Shown one piece after another: positions 1 through 9,183 of a DNA stretch of 64,000 nt. The notes below the pieces were generated by a model. The model was not told where the DNA came from and made no database searches. It worked only from the letters and a program-made list of their open reading frames with translations. Source of the DNA: Acidimicrobiales bacterium. Its GTDB lineage: Bacteria > Actinomycetota > Acidimicrobiia > Acidimicrobiales > VFJN01. Made by a program: the position numbers and the translations under genes. Every line of letters starts with the position of its first letter. Position 1 is the first letter of the stretch. The stretch covers positions 348-64,347 of the forward strand of contig DASQUK010000054.1 of NCBI GenBank assembly GCA_035641315.1, in the 5' to 3' direction.

Positions 1-170
1 TGGTTCTCGGCCGTCTCCGGCAGTCCGAGGCACATCGACCGCAGCTTGGCCACGACGTCCGGCGGCACGTCCGCGTACTCGGTCGGGTTCAAGGCCAGCG
101 TCGACGCCCGCGCCAGTCGACCGACGCGGTCTTCGTCAGGCTGCTTCTGGTTCGCTTGGTCTGCGTCCAT
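1..170 (-). CDS. partial CDS (5' end only, runs off window); possibly MmcQ/YjbR-like small protein
   Basis: Absent from ORF track because it is open-ended. ATG at 170-168 preceded by GAAGGA. Translation MDADQANQKQPDEDRVGRLARASTLALNPTEYADVPPDVVAKLRSMCLGLPETAEN with GC-rich third positions. Family assignment is weak. Confidence 0.35.
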   Translation of the reverse strand, partial: MDADQANQKQPDEDRVGRLARASTLALNPTEYADVPPDVVAKLRSMCLGLPETAEN

Positions 171-214
171 GGTCCTTCGGAGGTGTCGTCCTGTGACGGT
201 GCCCATCCGCCATC

Positions 215-1144
215 ATGTCCGAAGCGTTCAATACGGCGGGGCCGGGGAGCGTCGATGATCGGCGCATGGACGACCATCCGGAACTACGCATCGGCATCGG
301 GCTCCCGGCGGCGATCCCTGCGGTCGCTGACGGTGTGCTGGTCGAATGGGCCGCGCGGGCCGAAAGGGCTGGCTTTTCGTCGCTCGGCGTGATCGACCGC
401 CTGATCTACGACAACTACGACCCGTTGGTGGCTCTCGCCGCGGCCGCGGCCGTCACCGAGCGGACGCAGCTGGTGACCACGGTGCTCAACGTGTTGTGGC
501 GGCAGAGCGCGCTGGCCGTGGCCAAGCAGCTATGGTCGCTCGACCGCCTATCCGGCGGTCGGGTGGTGGTGGGCCTCGGCATGGGCGGCTGGCCCGACGA
601 CTACACCGAGACGGGCACCGGGCAGTCGGCCCGGGGTGCGCGCTTCGATGCCATGACGCAGGAGATGCAGCACGCCTGGGCGGGTGAGATCGTGGGCGCA
701 GGCGGTCCGCTGCCGGCGCTGCCACAAGGGCGGCCGACCGTGCTCTTCGGCGGTCTCGCTCCCCGGTCGTACGAGCGGGCGGCCCGCTTCGGACAGGGTT
801 GGGTCGCGCCGCTGTTCGGTCTCGACGTCCTGGTGGCGGGCGTCGCATCCATCAACGCCGCCTGGTCGCGGGCAGGTCGCCCGGGGAAGCCGCGGATCCT
901 CACCGGCCGCTACTTCTGCCTCGGCGCAGACGCCGACGCGACAGCCGACGAGTACATCCGGCACTACTACGGCGACCAGTTCTTCGCCCCGGCCCGCGCC
1001 GACACGCTCACGAGTGAGGAGGCTGTGATCGGCGACCTGCGGCGCCTACGTGACGCCGGTTGCCACGACGTCGTCCTCTACCCGTGCTCCGGCGACCTCG
1101 ACCAGTTGGACCGGCTAGCAACGGCGCTCTGTTCAAGGGTGTAG
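215..1144 (+). CDS. LLM-class (luciferase-like) F420-dependent oxidoreductase
   Basis: 309-aa ORF. RIGIGLP...AERAGFSSLGVIDRL...GGRVVVGLGMGGW pattern is typical of luciferase-like monooxygenase family. Alternative ATG at 266. Confidence 0.8.
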   Translation: MSEAFNTAGPGSVDDRRMDDHPELRIGIGLPAAIPAVADGVLVEWAARAERAGFSSLGVIDRLIYDNYDPLVALAAAAAVTERTQLVTTVLNVLWRQSALAVAKQLWSLDRLSGGRVVVGLGMGGWPDDYTETGTGQSARGARFDAMTQEMQHAWAGEIVGAGGPLPALPQGRPTVLFGGLAPRSYERAARFGQGWVAPLFGLDVLVAGVASINAAWSRAGRPGKPRILTGRYFCLGADADATADEYIRHYYGDQFFAPARADTLTSEEAVIGDLRRLRDAGCHDVVLYPCSGDLDQLDRLATALCSRV

Positions 1145-1352
1145 CTCGCGCGGCGCCGATCGCCGAGAGTAGAGACCCCCACGGCACGCAGGTGGTGCAT
1201 TCTGGGCGGCTGGCAAGCCCTCCGGGCGTTCGGCTCGCAACGGCGCTCTGTTCAAGTGCGCCGCTCGGCGCGGCGCCGATCGCCGAGAGTAGGGACCCAC
1301 GGCACGCAGGTGGTGCATTCTGGGTGGCTGGCGAGCCCTCCGGGCGTCGCCC
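1114..1352. repeat. R2: tandem duplication, 2 units of 119 bp, first unit includes the last codons and stop of the LLM gene
   Basis: gct(a/c)gcaacggcgctctgttcaag...gcggcgccgatcgccgagagtag(a/g)gaccc...cacggcacgcaggtggtgcattctggg(c/t)ggctggc(a/g)agccctccgggcg occurs starting at 1114 and again at 1233. Confidence 0.85.
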
Positions 1353-1369
1353 AACCGCCCAGAATGCAC
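1313..1369. terminator. long hairpin (15-nt arms, 1 mismatch) between convergent genes; candidate bidirectional terminator
   Basis: gtgcattctgggtgg (1313-1327) pairs with ccgcccagaatgcac (1355-1369). Lies between the stop at 1144 (+) and the stop at 1376 (-). No U-tract. Confidence 0.5.
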
Positions 1370-1375
1370 GTTCTG

Positions 1376-1792
1376 TCAAGTAGAACCCTCGCCGCCGGTG
1401 AAGGGACGCTCCTCGATCACGGGGCGAGCAGCCTCCAGCAGCCAGCGGACGGCGTCCCGATAGTCGTGCGGCGTGGGATCATCCGCGAGATCGCGCTCGA
1501 CGTCCTCGATGGCAGCCTCGAGCACGTAGAGCCGGTCGTACAGCCCGTCGAGCTCGCGCCGGGCCACGATCAGCTCGTGCTCGCTGAGCCCGACCTCCGC
1601 CGCCCGGCGGCGGGATTGGTAGTCGAGCTGCCGGCAGCTGTCCTTGCAGAACTCCCGGCGGCGACCGGGACCGGTGCGACGCGGCAGGGTGCGCCCGCAC
1701 CAGCGGCACCGTGTCCCCTGCCCTGATTCCGTCAATTCACGTAATTGCCGCTCGACCGCCATGCCCGCCGATGCTGGCATCCCAACGGCCAC
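1376..1792 (-). CDS. hypothetical protein with CxxC...CxxxC zinc-ribbon-like motif and C-terminal coiled segment
   Basis: 138-aa ORF. TRCRWCGRTLP...EFCKDSCRQLDY. GC3-rich. No family recognised. Confidence 0.55.
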   Translation of the reverse strand: MAVGMPASAGMAVERQLRELTESGQGTRCRWCGRTLPRRTGPGRRREFCKDSCRQLDYQSRRRAAEVGLSEHELIVARRELDGLYDRLYVLEAAIEDVERDLADDPTPHDYRDAVRWLLEAARPVIEERPFTGGEGST

Positions 1793-1849
1793 GCCACGCG
1801 GATGCCGTCACGGGCGTCGGCAGGCTCGCGGGGGCTCCCTGGCGCGGGA

Positions 1850-1886
1850 GTGGTTGGTGGGCAACCACTTCGGCGCCAGCAATCGG
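1850..1886. repeat. R5 hairpin repeat copy (GTGGTTG-loop-CAACCAC, then CTTCGGCGCCAG)
   Basis: gtggttggtgggcaaccacttcggcgccagcaatcgg. Shares ggcaaccacttcggcgccag with 29557-29598. Confidence 0.7.
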
Positions 1887-1978
1887 ACTCTGCCCCGCGG
1901 CACGCCGCGGCACGCCGCCGTCTGGTTCGCCGGGGCGAGCACGGCCCAGCGGACCAGCTATGCGAGACTCGACGCGGA

Positions 1979-2935
1979 ATGCATACCGTCTCCCTGCCGG
2001 CGCCGCCGATGCCGCCGATCCTCCGCGCCGCCGGGCTCACGATGACCTACCCCGATGGAACCACGGCGCTGGACGGGTTCACGGTCGACGTGCCGGCCGG
2101 GTCCGTAGGACTGGTCGGCGCCAACGGCGCTGGTAAGACCACGCTGTTCCGGCTCATGCTCGGGCTGATGCAGCCCAGCGGTGGGGCGCTTGAGGTCACC
2201 GGCCGCGCCGTGGCGTCCGATCCGGTGGGGATCCGCAGCCGCCTGGGGTACATGCCGGAGCACGATTGCCTGCCGCTCGACCAGACGGCGGCGGACATCG
2301 TGGCGACCTTCGGCGAGTTGGCCGGCCTGCCGGCGCGGGCGGCCCGCCAGCGGGCGTCCGACATGCTCGACCTGGTGGGGCTCGACGAGGCCCGGTTCCG
2401 GCCGGTGGGCGGGTTCTCGACCGGCATGCGCCAGCGCACCAAGCTGGCCCAAGCGCTGGTCGCCGACCCGCAGTTGGTGCTGCTCGACGAGCCGACCGCC
2501 GGCCTCGATCCCCTGGGCCGGGAGGAGATGCTCGAGCTCGTCGGGCGGCTGGCCGGGTTCGGCATCTCCGCCATCCTCGCCACCCACCTGCTCGACGACG
2601 TGCAGCGCGTGTGCGACCACGTCGTGATGATCGACCGGGGCCGGCTGGTGCTGGCCGGACCGATCGACCAGCTCATGCAGACGACGGGCGTCATGCGCGT
2701 CGAGGTCGGGGGACGGCCGGCGGGTGGGCAGGCGCTGGTCGATGCACTGGCGACGCTGGGCATCGGGGCCGCGCTCATGGACGACCACAGCGTGGAGGTC
2801 GACACCAGCCAGCACGGCGACGACGTCTTCGACGCCGTGCGCGACGCGACGGCGGACCTCGGACTGCGGTTGTACGCGCTGTCGACCCGGCACCGCTCGC
2901 TCGACGACGTCTTCATGCAGGAGGCCCGGCGGTGA
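1979..2935 (+). CDS. ABC transporter ATP-binding protein
   Basis: Walker A GANGAGKTT, signature FSTGMRQR, Walker B LVLLDEPTAGLD. ATG at 1979 chosen inside the longer ORF 1745-2935. Confidence 0.9.
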   Translation: MHTVSLPAPPMPPILRAAGLTMTYPDGTTALDGFTVDVPAGSVGLVGANGAGKTTLFRLMLGLMQPSGGALEVTGRAVASDPVGIRSRLGYMPEHDCLPLDQTAADIVATFGELAGLPARAARQRASDMLDLVGLDEARFRPVGGFSTGMRQRTKLAQALVADPQLVLLDEPTAGLDPLGREEMLELVGRLAGFGISAILATHLLDDVQRVCDHVVMIDRGRLVLAGPIDQLMQTTGVMRVEVGGRPAGGQALVDALATLGIGAALMDDHSVEVDTSQHGDDVFDAVRDATADLGLRLYALSTRHRSLDDVFMQEARR

Positions 2936-3843
2936 CCCTCCTCCCCCAGGCTCTGACGGGCGGCGCCGTCTACGACCGCGGCTACCGGCCCTACGAGGGC
3001 GCGCGGGGCGGCCGGCGGGAGGCCACCTTCGCACTGTGGCGCCTGTCGGTCCGCCGTGCCCTGGGCCTGCGGCGGTCGTGGCGGCAGAAGGTGTTCCCCT
3101 GGTCACTCCTGGCCATCGCCACCGTCCCCGCCGTCGTGAACGTGGGCGTCGGCTACTTCGCCCGGGAGAGCCCGGTCGACTTTCCCGACTTCGAGTTCAT
3201 CACCTACCGCGAGTACGTCGGCGTCTCCACGGCGCTGCTGCTGTTCGTGGCGCTGACAGCGCCCGACGTGGTTTGTCCCGACCGCAGCCAGCGGGTGCTA
3301 CCCCTGCTGTTCTCGCGTCCGCTGACCGGCATCGACTACGTCGTGGCCAAGGTGGCCGCCATCGCCGCCATCGTCTTCGGCTTCGGCTTCCTGCCTCAGG
3401 TCGTGCTGTTCGTGGGGCAGATGTTCGTGACCCGAGGCGGGGCCCTCGACTACTTCACCGACCACGCCGAGGTGCTGTGGCAGGTGCCGGCGGCGCTGGT
3501 GGTGCTCGCCGTGTACTACGCCGCCATTGGCGTGGCGCTGGCGTCGCTGACGGACCGGCGGCTCGTCGGAGGTGTGGCCATCCTCGGGCTGGCGCTGGTC
3601 ACGTCGTCCATCGCCGCGATCTTCGTCGCCTCGGCCGAGGACGAGAGCACGGCGTTGGCGGTGGTCAACGTCCTGGCGTTGCCGCTCGAGGTGCGGGACC
3701 TGATCTTCCTCGGCCACCTGAGCGAGGACTCCGACATGTCGGGGGTGTCGGGCGGCGGCATCCTGGCGGTGACCGCCTACCTGGTGGTGCTGCTCAGCGC
3801 AGTGGCGCTGCTGCTGCACCGCTACCGCGAGGTGGACCTGTGA
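2932..3843 (+). CDS. ABC-2 type transporter permease
   Basis: GTG at 2932 overlaps the upstream stop (GTGA). Multi-TM hydrophobic protein (WSLLAIATVPAVVNVGV..., AAIVFGFGFLPQVVLFV...). Confidence 0.8.
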   Translation: MTLLPQALTGGAVYDRGYRPYEGARGGRREATFALWRLSVRRALGLRRSWRQKVFPWSLLAIATVPAVVNVGVGYFARESPVDFPDFEFITYREYVGVSTALLLFVALTAPDVVCPDRSQRVLPLLFSRPLTGIDYVVAKVAAIAAIVFGFGFLPQVVLFVGQMFVTRGGALDYFTDHAEVLWQVPAALVVLAVYYAAIGVALASLTDRRLVGGVAILGLALVTSSIAAIFVASAEDESTALAVVNVLALPLEVRDLIFLGHLSEDSDMSGVSGGGILAVTAYLVVLLSAVALLLHRYREVDL

Positions 3844-4853
3844 CCGCGCCTGCGCCCGAACCGGCGGAGTCGGCCAGCGAGACTCCGCCGCTGCCCCCTC
3901 CCCCTCCCCCGCCGCCGGCCGTCCCGTTGGATCCCGCGTTCGCCGCCGACGCCACGGTCGTGGTCCGGGGCGCCAGCGTCTGGTTCGGCCAGAAGGTCGC
4001 GCTCACCGACCTGTCGTGCTCGTTCGGTCCCGGCGTCACCGGCCTGCTGGGACCCAACGGCGCCGGCAAGACCACCCTGATGCGAGCCATGACCGGGCTG
4101 CTGCGGCCCAACGAGGGCAGCGTCGCCGTGCTCGACCGCGATCCGCACACCGACCGGGACGTCCAACGCTCCATCGCCCTGGTGCCGGAGGACGAGGCCG
4201 TGCCCCCGGCGCTCAGCGCACGCCAGCTCGTGCGCTACGCGGCGGCGCTGCACCGGGTCGGTGACCGCGGCATGCCCGACCGCTGCCTGCAGACCGTGGG
4301 CCTGCTGGACGTCGCCGACCGCAAGGTGCGCGGCTTCAGCAAGGGCATGCGCCAGCGCGCCAAGGTCGCCGCCGCGCTGGTGACCGATCCTCGGATCCTG
4401 GTGCTCGACGAGCCGCTCAATGGCGCCGACCCGATGCAGCGGGTGGCGCTGATCAACCTGTTCCAGTCCCTCGGCGCCCAGGGCCGCACCGTCGTCGTCA
4501 GCTCGCACGTGCTGCACGAGGTGGAGCGGCTGGCCGGCCGCCAGATCGTGATCATCCGGGGGCGGCTGGCGGCGGCGGGTGACCACCGTGCCATCCGCGA
4601 TGCGCTGGCCGACCGGCCGCGGTCGGTCCTGGTGCGGACGCCGGAGGCCCGCCGGCTCGCCGGTCACCTGGTGGGCATCGACGCCGTGCGCGGCGTGACG
4701 GTCGACGGCAACACCGTGGTCGTGTCGTCGCCCCGGGCCGGCGAGCTGGCTGAGCTGTTGCCGGTGGCGGCACGCGAGGCGGGCGCCCGGCTGCACGAGG
4801 TGCGGCCCCTCGACGACTCGCTGGAGAGCGTCTTCCGGGAGCTGCTGCGATGA
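3840..4853 (+). CDS. ABC transporter ATP-binding protein (second ATPase of the operon)
   Basis: GTG at 3840 overlaps the upstream stop (GTGA). Walker A GPNGAGKTT, signature FSKGMRQR, Walker B ILVLDEPLNGAD. Pro-rich N-terminus. Confidence 0.9.
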   Translation: MTAPAPEPAESASETPPLPPPPPPPPAVPLDPAFAADATVVVRGASVWFGQKVALTDLSCSFGPGVTGLLGPNGAGKTTLMRAMTGLLRPNEGSVAVLDRDPHTDRDVQRSIALVPEDEAVPPALSARQLVRYAAALHRVGDRGMPDRCLQTVGLLDVADRKVRGFSKGMRQRAKVAAALVTDPRILVLDEPLNGADPMQRVALINLFQSLGAQGRTVVVSSHVLHEVERLAGRQIVIIRGRLAAAGDHRAIRDALADRPRSVLVRTPEARRLAGHLVGIDAVRGVTVDGNTVVVSSPRAGELAELLPVAAREAGARLHEVRPLDDSLESVFRELLR

Positions 4854-4925
4854 GCGAGCGTCGCCCGTCCACTCCCCGCTCACGGGTCCTGTCGCCTCCG
4901 GTGCGGCGGCTTCGACGCCGTGATG

Positions 4926-4961
4926 CCCGCTCTTGGCGGCTGCGCCGCCGGGCCGCTCGGG
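4926..4961 (+). repeat. R1 hairpin-core repeat unit
   Basis: cccgctctt-GGCGGC-tgc-GCCGCC-gggccgctcggg. Confidence 0.85.
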
Positions 4962-5077
4962 CCCTGGCGCCGCCGGCGCCGATAGGCGCCGACAGCGGCA
5001 CCGCATCCTCAGCGCCACCCGTTCGCTGCCGCCCTGCCACTCGGGCGTCAAGGGCCTCGGCCTCCGACGCTACACCT

Positions 5078-5113
5078 CCCGCTCGTGTCGCCTGCGGCGG
5101 CGGGCCGCTCGGG
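5078..5113 (+). repeat. R1 hairpin-core repeat unit
   Basis: cccgctcgt-GTCGCC-tgc-GGCGGC-gggccgctcggg, preceded by the ccgacgct(a/g)... linker also seen at 17553 and 48460. Confidence 0.85.
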
Positions 5114-5142
5114 CCCAGGGGGGGCCGAGTCGTGGTTCTTCC

Positions 5143-5949
5143 ATGAGCGAGGCCACGGCCGCGCCGCCAGCGCCCGGCGCTCGACCAGTAGGCACGAGCA
5201 GCGGACGGCGGCTGCCGAGCCCGTTCGTGGCGCTGGTGGGCTACACGCTGCGGGCCTGCCTCCCTGCCCGGCGCTGGTTCGGCGTGCTGTTGCCGTGCGC
5301 CGGTGCGCTGCTGTTCGGCTGGCTGTCGGCCGCCGACTCCCGGACCGCCGAGGCGGCGTTCGGCGACGTCGCCGAGCTGGGCCTGTTCGGGCTGGTGCTG
5401 CCGCTCACCTGCCTGGTCATCGGTGACGCCGTGCTCGGTGCCGACATCCGGGCCGGGACGTTTCCACTGACGTGGCTGTCGCCCGCCCGATTCGGCACCA
5501 TCGTCGCCGCCCGGTGGCTGGGTGGCTGGATCGTGGCCCTCGTCAGCCTGGTGCCGGCGTTGGTCCTGGCCACGATCGTGGCCGGCGTGCCGGAAGGGGC
5601 GGGCGCCATGGCGATCGCGGGCGCCGCCGGCTCGGCCGCCTACATCGGGTTGTTCGTGATGATCGGCGCCTCCGTCCGCCGGGCCGCGGTCTGGTCGCTG
5701 GCAGTCGTGTTCCTGGGCGAGCGCCTCCTGGGCGGCGTGCTCTCGGGCATCGCGCAGCTCTCGCCGATGTGGGAGTCCCAGCAGGTCTACGCCGGCCTCG
5801 CCGACGACCACGGCGGTTGGCGGCTGCTGCGGGACGGAACACCCAACGGTTGGAGCGCCGTCGTGCGGCTGGCCATCGTGGCGATCGTGACCCTGGCCGT
5901 GGCGTCGTGGCGGATCAGGCACCTCAAGCCGACGGGCGGCGACGAATGA
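5143..5949 (+). CDS. ABC transporter permease (second membrane component)
   Basis: ATG at 5143. 268-aa multi-TM protein ([51 protein letters not shown]...). Confidence 0.75.
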   Translation: MSEATAAPPAPGARPVGTSSGRRLPSPFVALVGYTLRACLPARRWFGVLLPCAGALLFGWLSAADSRTAEAAFGDVAELGLFGLVLPLTCLVIGDAVLGADIRAGTFPLTWLSPARFGTIVAARWLGGWIVALVSLVPALVLATIVAGVPEGAGAMAIAGAAGSAAYIGLFVMIGASVRRAAVWSLAVVFLGERLLGGVLSGIAQLSPMWESQQVYAGLADDHGGWRLLRDGTPNGWSAVVRLAIVAIVTLAVASWRIRHLKPTGGDE

Positions 5950-5997
5950 CCCGCCCGAGGTGCTCAGCCCACTAGCCTGGGCGGCGCTGACGACCTC

Positions 5998-6200
5998 CTG
6001 TGGGAGAGTTCCGGTGACCGTGAGGGCCACGGCCGCCGGGCGCCGAAGGGGCAACCACCCCGGAACCTCTCAGGCACCAGGGACCGCAGGGGCGAGGCAG
6101 CTCTGGAGCTGCGGCCGCCGCGGCGACAGAGGGGGTGCATCGTGCTGGGAGCCTCCGGGTGACCAGCGTGCAGCGCCAACCGACCGCAACCCTCTGGAGC
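5998..6200 (+). promoter_or_regulatory. glycine riboswitch (first aptamer clear, second aptamer degenerate) in the gcvP leader
   Basis: ctgtGGGAGAGttccgg...GGCGCCGAAGGGGCAAccacc...CCTCTCAGGCAccagGGACC matches the conserved GGAGAG / ACCGAAGGGGCAA / CUCAGGCA...GGAC glycine-aptamer blocks. Downstream CTCTGGAGC...GGGAGCC...CGCCAACCGACCGCAA...CTCTGGAGC resembles a second aptamer. Confidence 0.75.
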
Positions 6201-6205
6201 ATGCC

Positions 6206-9067
6206 GTGACCGACGAAGCCACGCCCCGAGAGACCCGGTTCTCGGACCGCCACATCGGTCCCTCCCCCGACGACGTCGCCAGCATGCTCGACGTGCTCGG
6301 GCTGGCGTCGCTCGACGAGCTGATCGACCAGGCGGTGCCGGCCGCCATCCGCGACGACAAGCCGCTGGCGCTCGATGACGCGATGAGCGAGCCCGAGGCG
6401 CTGGCGCACCTGCGCGGGCTGGCCGACCGCAACCGGGTGTTCACGTCGCTCATCGGGCAGGGCTACCACGGCACGCACACACCCGGGGTGATCCTGCGCA
6501 ACGTGCTGCAGAACCCTGCGTGGTACACGGCCTACACGCCCTACCAGCCCGAGATCAGCCAGGGCCGGCTCGAGGCGCTCCTCACCTTCCAGACCATGGT
6601 GTGCGACCTCACCGGGCTCGAGATCGCCAACGCGTCCATGCTCGACGAGGGCACCGCCGCCGCCGAGGCCATGACCCTGTGCCGGCGGTCGTCGAGCCAC
6701 GCCGGCGGGGCGTTCTTCGTCGACCACGAATGCCACCCGCAGACCATCGCCGTCGTCGCCACCCGCGCCGAGCCGCTGGGCATCGAGGTGGTGGTGGGCG
6801 ACCCGGCCACTGACCTCTCCCCCACCGACACGTTCGGCGTGCTGCTCCAGCACCCGGGGACCTCAGGCGTGGTGCGCGACCTGCGCCCGGTCATCGACGC
6901 CGTGCACGGCGCCGGTGGGCTCGCCGTCGTGTCCACCGACCTGCTGGCGTGCACGCTGCTGGTACCGCCCGGCGAGCTGGGGGCCGACGCCGCCGTGGGC
7001 TCGGCCCAGCGCTTCGGCGTGCCCATGGGCTTCGGCGGACCGCACGCCGGCTTCCTCGCCACCCGCGACGCCTACCGGCGGTCGCTGCCGGGTCGCCTGG
7101 TGGGCGTGTCGGTGGACAGCGCCGGACGGCCGGCGCACCGGCTCGCGCTGCAGACGCGCGAGCAGCACATCCGCCGGGAGAAGGCCACGTCGAACATCTG
7201 CACCGCCCAGGTGCTGCTGGCGGTCATGGCCGCGATGTACGCCGTGTACCACGGATCGGACGGATTGCGGGCCATCGCGGGAAAGGTGCAAAGGCAGACG
7301 ACTGGCCTCGCTCTCCGACTGCGTGACGCCGGCTACGAGCTGGCCAACGACACCTGGTTCGACACGCTGACCCTGCGGACGCCGGGCCAGGCCGCCGAGA
7401 TCTGTGAGCGGGCCCGGGAGCGGAGCCTCAACCTGCGGCGGGTGGACGCCGACACGGTGGCGTTGTCGCTCGATGAGACGACGACGACGCCTGACGTGAC
7501 GCGACGGCTGGCGGAGATCTTCGGGCTGGAGGGCGGGTGGCTGGCGTTCACGCCGGGCCAGGGCATCCCCGAACCCGAGCGGCGCACCAGCGACTACCTC
7601 ATCCATCCCGTCTTCCACGAGCACCGCAGCGAGACCGAGATGCTGCGGTACCTCCGGCGGCTGGCCGACAAGGACGTGGCGCTGGACCGGGCGATGATCC
7701 CGCTCGGCTCGTGCACCATGAAGCTCAACGCCACCACCGAGATGGAGCCGGTGACGTGGCCGGAGTTCGCGAACGTCCATCCCTTCGCGCCGCTCGACCA
7801 GGCCGAGGGCTACCTCGAGCTGATCCACGAGCTCGAGGCCATGCTCGGCGAGATGACCGGCTACGACGCCGTGTCGCTGCAGCCCAACGCCGGTTCCCAG
7901 GGCGAGCTGGCCGGGCTGCTGGCCATCCGTGCGTACCACCGCAGCCAGGGCGACGAGCAGCGCGACGTGTGCCTCATCCCGGCGTCGGCGCACGGTACCA
8001 ACGCAGCGTCGGCGGTCATGGCCGGCATGCGGGTGGTCGTGGTGGCGTGCGACGCCGACGGGAACGTCGACCTCGGCGATTTCCGGTCCAAGGCCGACGA
8101 GCACGGCGAGCGACTGGCCGCGCTCATGGTCACCTACCCGTCGACCCACGGCGTGTTCGAGGCCCGGATCACCGAGATCTGCGACGTGGTCCACGAGCAC
8201 GGCGGGCAGGTCTACGTCGACGGCGCCAACCTCAACGCGCTGGTCGGCGTCGCCCGCCCCGGGTGGTTCGGCGGCGACGTCAGCCACCTCAACCTGCACA
8301 AGACGTTCTGCATCCCCCACGGCGGCGGCGGGCCCGGCGTGGGACCGGTGGCGGCGCGGGCCCACCTGGCGCCGTTCCTGCCCAACCATCCGGCCGCGCC
8401 CGAGGCGGGGCCCGCGACCGGCCCGGGACCGGTGTCGGCTGCACCCTGGGGGTCGGCCGGGATCCTGCCGATCAGCTACGCCTACGCCAAGCTCATGGGC
8501 CCCGACGGCCTGCGCCGGGCCACCGAGGTGGCGATCCTCAGCGCCAACTACATCGCCGCCCGGCTCGGCGAGCACTACCCGGTGCTCTACGCCGGCGAGC
8601 ACGGCCGGGTGGCGCACGAGTGCATCATCGACGTGCGGGGCATCACCCGGGACACCGGGGTCACCGTCGACGACGTCGCCAAGCGGCTGATCGACTACGG
8701 CTTCCACGCCCCGACGATGAGCTTCCCGGTGGCGGGGACGCTGATGATCGAGCCCACCGAGTCGGAGTCCCTGGTCGAGATCGACCGGTTCTGCGACGCC
8801 ATGATCGCCATCAAGGCCGAGATCGACCGGGTGGCGAGCGGCGAGTGGCCGTTGGCCGACAGCCCGCTGCGCCGCGCCCCCCATACCGCCGAGGACCTGC
8901 TGGTGCCCGACTGGGACCGGCCCTACTCGCGCGAGGACGCCGCCTATCCGGTGGCCGGGCTACGCCAGGCCAAGTACTGGCCGCCGGTGAGCCGCATCGA
9001 CGGCAGCTACGGCGACCGCCACCTGGTGTGCGCCTGTCCTCCGCCCGAGGCCTTCGAACGCGGTTGA
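6206..9067 (+). CDS. gcvP: glycine dehydrogenase (decarboxylating), glycine cleavage system P protein
   Basis: 953 aa from GTG 6206 (GGAG 8 nt upstream). [36 protein letters not shown]-lysine region [19 protein letters not shown]. Confidence 0.95.
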   Translation: MTDEATPRETRFSDRHIGPSPDDVASMLDVLGLASLDELIDQAVPAAIRDDKPLALDDAMSEPEALAHLRGLADRNRVFTSLIGQGYHGTHTPGVILRNVLQNPAWYTAYTPYQPEISQGRLEALLTFQTMVCDLTGLEIANASMLDEGTAAAEAMTLCRRSSSHAGGAFFVDHECHPQTIAVVATRAEPLGIEVVVGDPATDLSPTDTFGVLLQHPGTSGVVRDLRPVIDAVHGAGGLAVVSTDLLACTLLVPPGELGADAAVGSAQRFGVPMGFGGPHAGFLATRDAYRRSLPGRLVGVSVDSAGRPAHRLALQTREQHIRREKATSNICTAQVLLAVMAAMYAVYHGSDGLRAIAGKVQRQTTGLALRLRDAGYELANDTWFDTLTLRTPGQAAEICERARERSLNLRRVDADTVALSLDETTTTPDVTRRLAEIFGLEGGWLAFTPGQGIPEPERRTSDYLIHPVFHEHRSETEMLRYLRRLADKDVALDRAMIPLGSCTMKLNATTEMEPVTWPEFANVHPFAPLDQAEGYLELIHELEAMLGEMTGYDAVSLQPNAGSQGELAGLLAIRAYHRSQGDEQRDVCLIPASAHGTNAASAVMAGMRVVVVACDADGNVDLGDFRSKADEHGERLAALMVTYPSTHGVFEARITEICDVVHEHGGQVYVDGANLNALVGVARPGWFGGDVSHLNLHKTFCIPHGGGGPGVGPVAARAHLAPFLPNHPAAPEAGPATGPGPVSAAPWGSAGILPISYAYAKLMGPDGLRRATEVAILSANYIAARLGEHYPVLYAGEHGRVAHECIIDVRGITRDTGVTVDDVAKRLIDYGFHAPTMSFPVAGTLMIEPTESESLVEIDRFCDAMIAIKAEIDRVASGEWPLADSPLRRAPHTAEDLLVPDWDRPYSREDAAYPVAGLRQAKYWPPVSRIDGSYGDRHLVCACPPPEAFERG

Positions 9068-9124
9068 GCCGCCTGGGTCACTGATTGGCATCTCTCGATG
9101 CCAGTTCAGCGGCTCAGGCGGCTC
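9066..9124. terminator. nested hairpin directly after the gcvP stop, between convergent genes
   Basis: Outer arms gagccgcctg (9066-9075) / caggcggctc (9115-9124). Inner ggcatc-tctc-gatgcc (9087-9102). No U-tract. Confidence 0.5.
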
Positions 9125-9129
9125 TGTGA

Positions 9130-9153
9130 CGAACGTAACACCGCCCACGTTCG
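9130..9153. terminator. second hairpin in the convergent spacer
   Basis: cgaacgt (9130-9136) / acgttcg (9147-9153), 10-nt loop. Confidence 0.35.
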
Positions 9154-9183
9154 CTGGGAAGGAAAATCTGCGCGCCCCGCTGC

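Noticed and set aside
4552-6054. 500-aa minus-strand ORF spanning the ABC genes and the riboswitch region
   Set aside because: Shadow ORF. It is antisense to an ATPase with Walker motifs and a multi-TM permease.
5960-6205. N-terminal 82-codon extension of the gcvP ORF
   Set aside because: The region matches glycine-riboswitch aptamer blocks, and the extension translates to a low-complexity R/G/A sequence. GTG 6206 with an upstream GGAG gives a normal P-protein N-terminus.
6863-8884. 673-aa minus-strand ORF, plus several 150-500-aa ORFs in other frames within 6000-9100
   Set aside because: All lie inside gcvP, whose translation carries unambiguous P-protein motifs. The alternatives have no motifs and an R/G/P/H-rich composition.
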